A DNA stretch of 63,570 nt, counting the filler, from Atractiella rhizophila (taxonomy: Eukaryota): assembly GCA_021432655.1 (NCBI GenBank). It is 5 parts of 5 records of this genome, joined end to end, with 100 filler letters (N's around TTAATTAATTAA, not from the genome) between each part and the next. Parts side by side here need not be neighbours in the genome. Positions count along the whole stretch, not along the records: positions 1 to 15,846 come from MU271759.1; 4 more parts are not named here. One strand, 5' to 3'. Made by a program: the position numbers and the translations under genes. Below, piece after piece: positions 1-12,342 of this stretch; the first letter of the stretch is position 1, and every line of letters begins with the position of its first letter. The notes below the pieces were generated by a model. It saw only the letters and a list, made by a program, of their open reading frames with translations. It searched no databases and was not told the origin of the DNA.

Positions 1-207
1 TCCATCCTCTCCTTCGGCGCAGGATAGAGATACTTTCTCGGCATCCCTGCTGGCAAGTCGTCAAGGGTGTACCCCGCCTTGGCGGCCATGGAGATTTCGA
101 AGGGGTACTCCTGCAAGATAGGGTCTTTACGTGGGTCGTAGTCGCGTGAAGAGCCTGTGCAAACACGTTATGCAGGATAGAAAGAGAAGTTCGGTGGACG
201 TACTCAT
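1..207 (-). CDS. 5' end of an unidentified spliced gene (runs off the window)
   Basis: ATG at 207, 49-nt GTACGT..CAG intron (203-155), then open frame MSSSRDYDPRKDPILQEYPFEISMAAKAGY... to the window edge. Confidence 0.55.
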
Positions 208-801
208 GTTGTCGCCTTGTGCTAGCTTTGGGGAAGGCAAAGCAACAAGGGGTTTCGTGGTTTCGTCGTTCTCCCGCCTTGAGAAAGTTGCGACGGGAAC
301 AAAAGCGCGGGAAGGCGCACGAGGTCGCGGGAACAGCTCCGAACAAAGTCGACAAATCCCACTATTTCCTCCAAAGGGTACCAGCGTAAGATTGAACAGA
401 GAGCAGGGAGAATTGAGTCGTCATCAGAGCATTTACGATAACATATAGCGAGGTGAGTTTCAGGATTACACCCCGTTTATGTCATATCGCACTAGCCACG
501 CAAATGGCTTGTTTGAGAGTGATATCCATAGCTGAATATTGATTTCGCGCAAGCCATGTTGCTTGCGTTGAACGAGTCAATCTCTTTCGGCTACTTTTTA
601 ATATTTCGCTACCTTCATTTCGATCTTTAGGCTACAGATGCCTTCCTACACCCGACATGCGAGAGCATATCATTTTGAGAAGGCGTTGAAGTGTCAACTT
701 TACCGCAGATCATTTGACAGTGTCCATCACATTTACTTCCAGCTGTTAAAACTCTTCAGTCGCTAACTTTTTAAAGGCTTTAGGCTGTCAAGCTGTCAGC
801 T

Positions 802-2022
802 TTGTTCATCCAAGCAAGACCCATAATTCCTATTCCGAACCAGTCGATGATCTGTTCAGCTGTGCTTCACAGTGTGTTTGGACAGCCAAAAATGATAACC
901 CGGTCTTCTCCCCTCTTCTTGGTCAAAAGCCTCCCAGAAATATCAAAAGCACGAGTACGATGGTCCTCTACCTCCTCGCTCTCCTATCCCAACACGCCCC
1001 ATCCGTCACCGTTCGAGATCTTCTCGCTGCCACATACTTCACAACCACCAGATCCAAAGGAGCTCAAGCGTCGGTACTACGCTCTTGCCCGTCAATACCA
1101 TCCGGATGTACTTGGCGCCAGCCTTTCAGGTTCGAGTTCTACCAAGAAGGAGAAGGAGGAGTTAGAAAAGTTCGCTAAGATCAAATCGGCCTATGAACTT
1201 CTTTCCAATCCAGACACCTTTCAGTCCTACATCCGCAGCGGAAGGGGATGGAAGGATCCCCACGCTCCACCTTCAAGACCTATATTCGACGGTCCGTGGT
1301 CCTCTGCCCGTCGTGGTGGTCCAATGCGCCCATCACACATGAGAGGACGATACCCGTCTGGAGCGTACGATGGAGGAGATGGAGGAGCACGGGCCGGGTT
1401 CTCTTTCGACTCTGAGGGCTTCCGAGCATCGATGGGCGAACGGAGGGAGGCTTGGAAGGAGAGAAGCGAGAAGGGTTGGGTGTTGGTGTTTATGTGTGCG
1501 GCCATCGTCGCGCTTTATTCCGCTCAGTTCTTCAAGGTCGGAGAGATTCATAAGAAGGTTCATCAGACACCTCCTTCACGTCGTCAACCCTTGTCAAGCT
1601 TGTCTGAAGACGACTTGGCTTCTCCCTCTTCTCCTTCTGTCGGCGCCATGCCGCGTTCCCCAACATCCATATCTTCATCTTCATCACTACAACCTTCGTT
1701 AAGTGGAGCAGCAGAATCGGCAGAACAGACGATGGTGTCTCGAATATTCGGCCTGGCATGGCTCAAATACCTTTCACCATCTGAAATGCATCGGGAAGCG
1801 TTACAGAAGAGGCATAATGAGGCAAGTAAGAATTTGGCCGAGGCAAGAGAGAGGGCGAGAGGCTGGGAGGGCAATCAGTATGTTTTCTTCATCTATTTTT
1901 CTTCGTGATTTATTCGAAGATATTTACGACCGCCTGACTTGCTTTTCCCGCGCAGAAACGAGATTGTGCTACTGCATCGGATGCGGAAAATAGGAGATGG
2001 GAAGGAAGAGACTGGTCACTGA
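802..2022 (+). CDS. J-domain (DnaJ) protein, Jid1-like, probably mitochondrial membrane
   Basis: PFEIF...ELKRRYYALARQYHPD...FAKIKSAYELLS J-domain; basic/Ser-rich presequence-like N-terminus; TM segment GWVLVFMCAAIVALY; one 3' intron (~1878-1955); start codon uncertain. Confidence 0.85.
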
Positions 2023-2593
2023 TGTACTGTGGTCCTCTGAACTTTCACTTCTGGATTCCCGCAGAAGGCTGGACTTTAGATACAGCTGGCAATTGTAAAA
2101 CGTATATTCTTATTAAAGCGCTTCACAGTAACATGCCAAACGGAAAGGATCATCCTCCAATCCAGACCTCGCCCAAAGGTCTGCCATTGAAGATTAAAAT
2201 TTAGTCAAAAGGTTCTCGGTCCGAGAGTGTCCGCTAAACTTACGGCTACATTATTTACGGCCACAGTTATCGGTCGATGGCGTCTTCGCACGCGCCTCAA
2301 CGCGTCTTGTTTTCTCTCTCCCGTGTCTCGATCGCGTTCTCCAACCAGTCTGAGCTACCCAGAGAGGCGCTCACGGGCAGCTGCAGCAGGATGGACGTAG
2401 AGAGCAGTTGAAGAAGGTACCAATGCGTCCTTGCCCGCCGGGAACGGTGCCGAGCGCGGTTTCCCATCGCAGTTCGCCCTCTCCCACCTCGCAGATGCAC
2501 TCTTAACGACCATCTCCCCTTCTTTCACTTTTTGGATCTACTTCCAACGTTTTTACAGATATTCTCGAATTTAACTCACTATCTTCGCTGAAA

Positions 2594-4403
2594 TGAGCAG
2601 GACGGCAACGACTACATCAACGTGTATCTCACAGAAGATGCAGGACCTTTCTATCAAGATCAAAAGTCCTGAATTCGACATGAGCGGTCTTAAAATCAAG
2701 ACTGAAGAGCCTCTGAACGCGGAGCCAGCGAATGGAGAAGAGTTCATAAAACATTTCATCACTCCAGAGTCTCTGGTGCGGATCTTCTTACGCACCACTT
2801 CCGCTTCCATTTCCAATCATTCTATTTGGTTTCTCAGACTGACGATGTTGATATGGCTGTGACTGTGGGGTATAGTCCTTCAGGAGGAACCATTCCGCTT
2901 TCGCTTCTCACTGCTACGAGCACCACGCGCTCTCTTTCTCCGTCGCTCCATCCCTCCTCGACAAATTTTCGAGCGAGCCCAACCTCGAGCGTTTGACTTC
3001 GGAATCGGGAGCCGGGGAAGGACGAAAGTTGACTATGGGAGAGATGAAGGGGCTGAGATGGGGAGAAAGCAATTTGCAGGAAGAAGATGTGGTAGCAGTG
3101 TTGCAGTGTGCTGGGAATAGGAGAGACGAGATGAGCGAAAGGAGGAAGACGGAAGGTTTGGGATGGGGAAATTGCGTTGTCGCTAACGCTCGATGGCAAG
3201 GTAGGTCCTACCCTTATTACCCACCTTTCCTTGAAGTGATTGATGAGAAATGTTCCCGATTGGAAAGGTGTGACGTTGAGAAGTGCTCTTCTCGCCTTGG
3301 GCATCCCAGCGTGTCACAACTGCATCCCGGTGCTGTCGAATGTCCATGTGCTCTTTCGCTGCTCTCTCCCTTGTCAAGGTATGCAAGCTCTTCTTGTCCA
3401 AATTGAAAACATGTAGCTGACGCCAGGACAGATGACGCAACATATGAATCATCCGTCCCACTATCGGTAGCCATGGATCCTTCCCGACCCATCCTTCTCT
3501 GCACTGGGATGAATGGTACACCACTTGCCGTTGATCGCGGAGGCCCAGTGAGGCTAGTCATCCCTGGATACATCGGAGCGAGATGGGTACGTGTCTTGCA
3601 TGCTGCCGTCAAGTTTCATTTCGGTAGCTCATGTTGGATTGGGATTGGTGTAGGTCAAGTGGTTGGAAAGCATCGAAATCGTAGAGAAGTGTTCAGACAA
3701 CTTTTATATGGCGAAGGATTACAAGATTGTGCCTTCCTTCGTGAACGGGGAAGATAAGGCGGAGAAGCAGGAATGGATGAAAAAGGTACCTCCCTCCCAC
3801 ACCTGTGCAGTCCGCGCTGATGGAAAGGTGAATGAAAAAGATCGAACCGCTCACTCAATTCGGCTTACAATCCGTCATCTGTTCTCCCTCACCCTCTTCC
3901 CAGGTCACCGTATCCTCCCTCTCCCCCACTCCAACGATCACCGTTCAAGGTTATGCAGTCACGGGTTCTGGATTCGAGATTTCAAAGGTCGAAGTAGGCA
4001 TTGTGTCCCAAGACCATCCATCGGACCTGACGAACGAAGACGGGAACGGGCATCTGTCGCCTTCGAAGAAGATGGCGGTAAAGAGGTGGAAAGAAGCAAA
4101 GTTTATGGATGATGGGAAAGAGAGATGGGCGTGGAAGCGTTGGTTTGTGGAATTGGAATTAGAGCAAGAGGAAGTGGGCAAGGAGCTCAGTTTTGTTTGT
4201 CGCGCCGGTGAGTGGCCTTCATAATCTGCACCTTCGAACGGATGAACGTGCTGATTGAGTTGCTTATATGATGTTAATTGGTTGGGATAGAGGAAGAAAC
4301 GGGAACGAAACAGCCTGAGCTCAGTGGATGGAACTTGAGAGGCGTCGAGAATAGGAGTTGGAGTGTGGCCAGGAGGGTAAAGGTCGTGGCGTCGTCGTCA
4401 TAA
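2594..4403 (+). CDS. Sulfite oxidase-family molybdopterin oxidoreductase (Moco plus dimerisation domains)
   Basis: Spliced motifs [59 protein letters not shown]. Confidence 0.9.
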
Positions 4404-4570
4404 TGGTCTTGGTAAAGAAATAATGATTAATCCACGAACAATCATGAAGGAATGAATGAGTATTAGAGCGGAACATGAAAATTTGAAATAGTGGTCGCTT
4501 CCCGCTTAAGAACAAACAACAGTGCCAACACGACCAACAACAAGCTACGAAACGCGTTATTTGCGAGACA

Positions 4571-6772
4571 ATGCCGAGCAGATTGACTACGTCTGGACAC
4601 AACAGAGAAGAGAAGAACGAAAGTGACGACCCGATGAGCACTTGTCAGACTTCCGAGCTTGAGGGAACACGGAGCCATTTCGACTGGACGACGGCAAATG
4701 ATTTCCTCGAGGAATTTTTCCCTCTCTCTAAAACAGTTAATCTCGAACCTGAGATGACGGAGTTGGGGAAATGGCAGGACAAGGTGGTAGGGACAGGGAA
4801 AGAAGATGAGGTTCAGACTGGAACTGAGTGGCACTCACTTATTGTGAGTACCTTTGCAGAAAGGGGCCAAATTTTTATGGGTAGGGTGCTTAGACCGAGT
4901 TCCTGAATTTCCTGTTGAAAAATACGGAATTGGAGTTCTGGGATGTGCATAAACATGCCGATCCTAAAGAGTATGATGGAAGCCAGTCCGAAAACAAACC
5001 CGACTTCATGGCTGTCAAGAGGGACGAGTTGAAGCCCGATCGAGACTGTTGTCGCGACATGAATCGGATGTGCTGGAAGCATTGTCAATTGATAGCGGAC
5101 GCTAAATACTACGATCCTCTCGTCGCATCAAAACGGAAACATGGCCTGAAGCAGCGCTAAGGCAAGGACTCAGCTACCTTGAGGATCTCACATATTTTCA
5201 GCACCGCACCGCTTGTTACCTCATCCTGTTTGTCTCGTCTGAAGCGAGAATCGTTCGTTGGAGTCCCAAGCAGACCATTTGCACTGAACCGTTCGAGTTC
5301 ACGGACCGGCATCAGTTCAAGAAATTCTGTCGCTTCGTCCGCTTCCACGGCTCACCAGCAGCTAATCGAGGTATCGATACACACTTCACTCCAGCCGAGA
5401 GAACTGTCGCAGAAGATGCCGCCAATTTCTTCAATAAGAACAAAGAGATCATTGAGCAGGCTAGATTCAGTGTCCCCAAAGCTTCAGACATTTGGGAGCT
5501 GAACCTTCCAGCACTGTCACCTCCCAACGCTCCTTGCTCGCAACCTTCGATGTATTTGATTGTAGGAAGAATGGATCATTATCGCTCATCGCTTCGTGGA
5601 AGGAACGGGAAGTATTTTGTAGGATACCCAAAGAAGAAACCGGAATCGATTTATTTCGTCAAGGCCAACTGGGCGTATACTGGCGAGAGTGATGCATCAG
5701 AGTCCGAAGTGTACCACGATCTCAGGGAATCACAACACGTTCAAGAAATGATTTATGGTGGCTATCCTAAAGACATCGAGGATTGTAGCTATACACTCAA
5801 GAACTCTCCACACACAAAGTCTCGCTCGAGCGGAAAACGAGCTGATCCAGATCAGCGTTTGCATTTTCTTGTCCTCCCTTTCGTTCGCCCACTTCTCACG
5901 TTTCGGAATGGCTACGAACTCGTGGAAGGACTTCACGGCGCCCTTCAAGGTTTGTTTTGATCTCTCTAGGAGCCACCTGGGTTGACCGATTTTGCCTAGG
6001 TCTTTTAGATATGTACCTCGCCGGATACCTTCATCGCGATGTCAGCCCCTCTAACGTTGGACTGAAGTGCTCAGGAGATGGTGTGAAGGGTGTTTTACAA
6101 GATTTTGACCTCGCCGTATCATTGGACTTAACAGGAACATCGAGAGCCGTTGTCTAATTTTCCTTCCTATGGTCAACAAGGCTGACATTAGAGTAGGGAA
6201 CATACCTCTACCAAGCAGCAGCAGTCCTTGAAGGCACCCCATGTGTGCGCGAGCTGGTTCATGACATCGAGTCCTTTTACCACATTCTAACAATCCACAC
6301 TTTCTCACAGTGGTACCCTGATCGTCACAGGCAGGCAAATTGTCTCATGGAATCCTACAGTCAACGGTCAGCGCGTGCATGTGTATGTGCTACGAAGCAG
6401 AAAGAGATACAGGGCTGTGCATATGGATTCACCAACGACGAGATTGTCGAGAACATCAATATCCTGGGTCCCATAATTTCCTTATTTCGCCGATTTCTCG
6501 CTTCTCAATACTACAGAGACGGACTCCTTCAAAACGTCCTCGCGGAGCATCGTAAGGATCTGGTAATCCAACTCTGTTCAAAGGTCGGCATCCTGCCCGT
6601 TGAATTAGGGGAGTTCCTTCAAGAGGGTTTCATTGACGCCACTTCCTTCGACACAGTGGACGAACAAGAGAAACTGCTGAGATTTTTGATTCACTTCTTA
6701 GTGCTTGTGATCAAATATAACAGGAACTCGTTGGAGGAGATGGTGATCAATGAAGCGAATGTTATTCATTGA
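4571..6772 (+). CDS. Fungal-type protein kinase (FunK1/Pkinase_fungal), apparent frameshift near 5130
   Basis: QHRTACYLILF..ARIVRW, FVKANW, YLHRDVSPSNV, LQDFDLA, GTYLYQA, HDIESF motifs over several exons. Confidence 0.85.
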
Positions 6773-6925
6773 TACTGTATTGACGAGAACTAAGAAAATG
6801 GCCTAAATAGTGCAAAATAAGTAGAGAGGTCAGCTCTTTGGTTCAGTATTTTGGGAAGACATGTCGCGGCTCTGTTGGTTCGAGTCGACGGTGTCAATGA
6901 TGAGTCATACCAAAATTACCTGAAT

Positions 6926-9292
6926 ATGGGACGAAAGGAAGACGAGAAAGGCAAGATGAAAGCAAAGGGCACGGTGGACGTTCTCCCACTGGTCGCTTCT
7001 CCACGCTCGCTCTCGCTCAGCCGAACACAGAAAGGCGTACTCCTCCTCGTCCTCCTCACCTTCTCCTTCTTCTCTCGTCCCTTCCTCCGCTCCGTTTCCC
7101 TTCCTCAACATCCTGCATCATCACCTCGCTTAACTCATGATGTCAAAAGTGAAACTGCCAGCGAGCGGATGGATGAGGATGATGTGCAGAAGGCGAAGAG
7201 CTACGAGCACTATGAGGCACTCGTTTCCTCCAGAACGTCCGCTTGGGGCTCAGTAGAAGAGTGGCGGGCTGATTTGAATATGACTGATGGGAGTGGAAGT
7301 GGAGGGGATGGAGGAAAGGTGTCTGCGGTGCTTTTGGCGTGGAAGAGGGACATCAAGTACCACCAACTCTCAGTCCTTCACCTGCTTCGATACCCATGGA
7401 TTGGGGAAGTAATCATCTGGAATAACGACCCTAAGCGGCCGCTCTCTCTCTCCGTATGTTGTCAACTCTTCTGAATCTAAGAATGAATATAATTGTGATG
7501 CGCACACTAGAACTTCTCCCACCTCCCTTCGCCTCATCGCACCTCTCTACGGATTTACAACGCTCCATCGAACACCCACGACCTCTCCAAACATCTCGCG
7601 TGCTCTCTCGCCCTGCATGCGAGCTGCTACTTCGCAGATGAAGACTGGCTGAACCTACACATCGAAGCCGGATACACCAAATATCTTTCATGCTGTTCCC
7701 CATCTGCCTCTCCTTCTACTCATCCCTTGCCTTTATCAACGGGGAGAGGAACGGGAAATGGAAGGGGCAGAGGAAGAGAAGAATGGAAAGGAAAGATAAG
7801 CGGGAACACTATGCCTTACATCGCCTGGGAACATAGACGTTGGAGGTTCTTCGATCCGACTCTCTCCCTCGATTCTTCGTTCACTTGGTTAGGCACAGGA
7901 TCTTTCTCGCCTAGAGAACTCTCCAAACGCTTCCTCAAACAAATTGATGCGCTTGAGGACTCGTTTTTGTTTGGTGCGAGGGAGCGCGGGAGAGGTGGAA
8001 GAGAGCCAAAGGAAAACGGGTTGGGATTGGCACTGGCGAAGGAAGAGAAGATGGTGGCGGACATGTTCTTTTCCATTTGGACGAATGACCGTGTCGAGCA
8101 GGTCCGTATACATCCTATTCTATCTCATCTATAATATTTGATGAACGTGTGCTGATGTTTATTTATTGGACTTATTGTTCGTGATGGATGAATGGGTTGG
8201 CAGATGTCGAACGATCTAACTCCCGTCGTCTTGGACGACCAAAAGGTGGGATGGTCGGAAGGATTGGGAGAAGATCAGTGGACGATCGTGTATCGGAACA
8301 TCGTGTGTCTCATTTCTCATGCCCCCTTCCTCATCCCACGACGCGTCAAATCACCTTACCTTAGAAGTGAGGGACCTGATCTGAGCCGAACTGGGAACAG
8401 CTGAAAGCGACCGCAACCCTCCACCGCGTCCTCACGCTCCGTCACCCTGTCCTCGTCCCCACTCTCTTCCCGCCTTCTTCCACTTCTTTGTCTTCATACG
8501 GTGATGACAATGATATTGTGGAGGAGGAAGAGGAGGGCGGGAAAGGAAGGAGAGCGACAGAAAGCGATATGAAATCACCGTGTGCGGACGACTCTTGTCT
8601 CTTCATCACCTCCCTCACGCCATTTCCTCTGGTTCCATCCCTTCAAGACCTTTCTTCATCCCTAACCCTCAAAACCAACCTCAAAACAAGCCTGAAATCC
8701 AATTTCAAAAGTTTTAAACAGAAATCTCTCTTCCCGATCGACAAAATGAACGAATACGAATCCTTCGTCTCATCAAGGTCTGGATTCCCCACTGTCGATT
8801 GGTGGCTACACAAGGGAAGTTGGCACCTCGCAGTCGACTCAGAGGGTGATGACACTTGTTGGTTCTCATCATCTGCACGAGGCGCGAAGAAGGGAGATTA
8901 TGTCGGGCTGGCCTTCGTGAAAGCGCGCTCTCTAACCGGTAACGTTGCCCTCAGGGTCGTGGGTAGCTTGGACGAGGAAGGATGGGGCGTACAATACGTT
9001 GAGTCTGTTGCACCTGGTGGACTGGGAGGGGTTGAGGATTGGGCAAGTCTTTTCACTTTCTGGATTCTTTGTATGAAGCGTGTTAAGACGATGGTGGCTG
9101 CTTGACATGGGTTAGGTCGATGTCAAGGCGAATTGGGAGAAGGAAGGGGAGGCGACGATGGTGAGGTTTGAGGAAGGAGAGATTAAGGGAGAGAGGTGGA
9201 AGAAAGTACGGTTTGTAAAGAAGAGTGGCGGGGAGGAAGAAGTCAGAATTTGTGATTTGAGAGCCATCGACCAGGGATCCTCGGCTTATTAG
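6926..9292 (+). CDS. Type II membrane GT-A fold glycosyltransferase-like protein (GT64/EXTL-like N-terminal motif)
   Basis: N-terminal TM (GVLLLVLLTFSFF); VSAVLLAWKR...IGEVIIWNND; CYFADED (DxD); FTWLGTGSF; several introns including GC-AG 9043-9115. Confidence 0.7.
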
Positions 9293-12200
9293 AGTAGACA
9301 CTTCGTATTTCGACATTGAATAATTTTCTCCATCGCATTCCATTATTTTGTTCGTAAGTAACTCGTTGCTGTATTTCCACATTCATATCAAGCTCAAGTA
9401 TCTGTTTTTCATCACATCCAACGTCATTCTTTGGCACATCACAGAAAAGACAGACCTGAAACATACAATCTGCATTTCTGTCCTTCCGAGTCATTCATCA
9501 ACTTGAAGAAAAATTGAACTTGAAAGAGCACGTCAAAACGTCAAAGTGGAGAGGAAGAATTATTGCGATTGAGCACTTCCAACCATTGCGTCGATCCAAC
9601 ACACATCATTATTTTCGTTAGATTGAAAGTGGAAAGAAAAGGAAGCTTGGTACGTATGTAGTGGTTATAGGCGACGGCGAGGTTGTTGCCGTCCAACTTG
9701 AAATTAACGGACAGAAGAACGAGATCCAAGTTATATTTGACTTTTCAGAAGCAGAAGGAGGCAAAGACCCAAGACAGAAGAAGGAGTAAAATGTAGTGGT
9801 ATTGCGCGTTTTTCAAACAACAGACAGGTATCTTTGCGTTCGATTCATCAGTCAACCAAGCGAGTTGAGAAGGAAGAGAGAAGGAGGAACACCTGGACCG
9901 ATTGTTCCTCTCGATTGTTGAGTATTGAGTCGAATGGCAGAGTTTTGGCTTAAAAGCACGTATTGAAGGACAAAGGTACATCGTGATGAAGTGAAGTTTG
10001 AAAGCTTGAAACGAACATACTGGCCGATGGTGTAAAACAGTACTTAAGAAAAGAAGTTGAACTAACGGAACTCAAATTGGTTGTTGAAGTTGGGCGGTTG
10101 AGTTGTCGAGATTGAGACGAGTTGTAAAATTGATCATGCGTTGCTGGTGTTGCCTTGCAGGCCAGGAGGGCTAGAAGAGACGATCGGGTTGAAAGGACTG
10201 GAGGCCTCGACTAAGGTGAGATGACTCGAAGCGCCAGCTTTGAAAGGCGACGGTCCGACTTCTACAACATTCGCGGCCGGGTTGATGGTCGTGAAATTTT
10301 CGTTAATCGTGAACCTGGCTTCGCCCGTCTCCGTTTCCACTTGGGAGAACTGGCCGGCGAAAATCGAACCTCCTTGGGAACCGATCTGAGGTGTGTAGGC
10401 CGTCGAAACGTCGATAGTGGGGTAAACTGGTGGGGTTTCTTGCGGAGCAGACACGTCTTGAGGAAAATATATGGAAGTATCGAGACCGAGCCGTTGATCT
10501 TCATCCCTAACCCTCAAAACCAACCTCAAAACAAGCCTGAAATCCAATTTCAAAAGTTTTAAACAGAAATCTCTCTTCCCGATCGACCACATGAACGAAT
10601 ACGAAGCCTTCGTCTCGTCAAGGTCTGGATTCCCCACTGTCGATTGGTGGCTACACAAGGGAAGCTGGCACCTCGCAGTCGACTCAGAGGGAGATGACAC
10701 TTGTTGGTTCTCCTCATCCGCAAGAGGCGCGAAGAAGGGAGATTATGTCGGGCTGGCCTTCGTGAAAGCGCGCGCTCTAAGAGGCAGCGTTGCGCTCAGG
10801 CTCGTGGGTAGCTTGGACGAGGAAGGATGGGGCGTACAATATGTTAAGTCTGTGACACCTGGTGGACAGGGAGGGACTGAGGATTGGGCAAGTCTTCTCA
10901 CTTTCCCAATCCTTGGAACAAAGCGGCTAAAAACAAGGGGGCCGGCTGAAAAGGGGTAAGGCCAAGGGCGAGCCAAATGGGAAAAAGAAAGGGAAGCAAA
11001 CAAAGGGAAGGTTGAAGAAAGAAAAAATGAAGGAAAAAAGGGGAAAAAAAGAACGGTTGGAAAAAAAAAGGGCCGGGAAGAAAAAAGCAAAAATTGGGAA
11101 TTGAAAAGCAACCAACAAGCAACCCCCGCCTAATAAAAGAAAAAACTCCGAATTCCAAAAGGAAAAAATTTTCTCCATCGCATTCCATTATTTTGTTCGT
11201 AAGTAACTCGTTGCTGTATTTCCACATTCATATCAAGCTCAAGTATCTGTTTTTCATCACATCCAACGTCATTCTTTGGCACATCACAGAAAAGACAGAC
11301 CTGAAACATACAATCTGCATTTCTGTCCTTCCGAGTCATTCATCAACTTGAAGAAAAATTGAACTTGAAAGAGCACGTCAAAACGTCAAAGTGGAGAGGA
11401 AGAATTATTGCGATTGAGCACTTCCAACCATTGCGTCGATCCAACACACATCATTATTTTCGTTAGATTGAAAGTGGAAAGAAAAGGAAGCTTGGTACGT
11501 ATGTAGTGGTTATAGACGACGGCGAGGTTGTTGCCGTCCAACTTGAAATTAACGGACAGAAGAACGAGATCCAAGTTATATTTGACTTTTCAGAAGCAGA
11601 AGGAGGCAAAGACCCAAGACAGAAGAAGGAGTAAAATGTAGTGGTATTGCGCGTTTTTCAAACAACAGACAGGTATCTTTGCGTTCGATTCATCAGTCAA
11701 CCAAGCGAGTTGAGAAGGAAGAGAGAAGGAGGAACACCTGGACCGATTGTTCCTCTCGATTGTTGAGTATTGAGTCGAATGGCAGAGTTTTGGCTTAAAA
11801 GCACGTATTGAAGGACAAAGGTACATCGTGATGAAGTGAAGTTTGAAAGCTTGAAACGAACATACTGGCCGATGGTGTAAAACAGTACTTAAGAAAAGAA
11901 GTTGAACTAACGGAACTCAAATTGGTTGTTGAAGTTGGGCGGTTGAGTTGTCGAGATTGAGACGAGTTGTAAAATTGATCATGCGTTGCTGGTGTTGCCT
12001 TGCAGGCCAGGAGGGCTAGAAGAGACGATCGGGTTGAAAGGACTGGAGGCCTCGACTAAGGTGAGATGACTCGAAGCGCCAGCTTTGAAAGGCGACGGTC
12101 CGACTTCTACAACATTCGCGGCCGGGTTGATGGTCGTGAAATTTTCGTTAATCGTGAACCTGGCTTCGCCCGTCTCCGTTTCCACTTGGGAGAACTGGCC

Positions 12201-12342
12201 GGCGAAAATCGAACCTCCTTGGGAACCGATCTGAGGTGTGTAGGCCGTCGAAACGTCGATAGTGGGGTAAACTGGTGGGGTTTCTTGCGGAGCAGACACG
12301 TCTTGAGGAAAATATATGGAAGTATCGAGACCGAGCCGTTGA
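8653..12342. repeat. Direct tandem duplication, 1845-nt unit (8653-10497 = 10498-12342)
   Basis: Identical ORFs offset by 1845 (9745/11590); junction ccgttga|tcttcatccc at 10497/10498. Confidence 0.95.

Noticed and set aside
10134..10700. Novel chimeric 188-aa ORF
   Set aside because: Created by the duplication junction: antisense of the GT-like exon fused to the Tay1-like C-terminus.
10900..11170. Apparent targeted hypermutation (DGR-, APOBEC- or RIP-like variable region) relative to 9055-9325
   Set aside because: Most substitutions copy the next base (gtacggtttgtaaag becomes gaacggttggaaaaa) with no indels. That is the signature of a dephased low-quality read, not of an enzyme.
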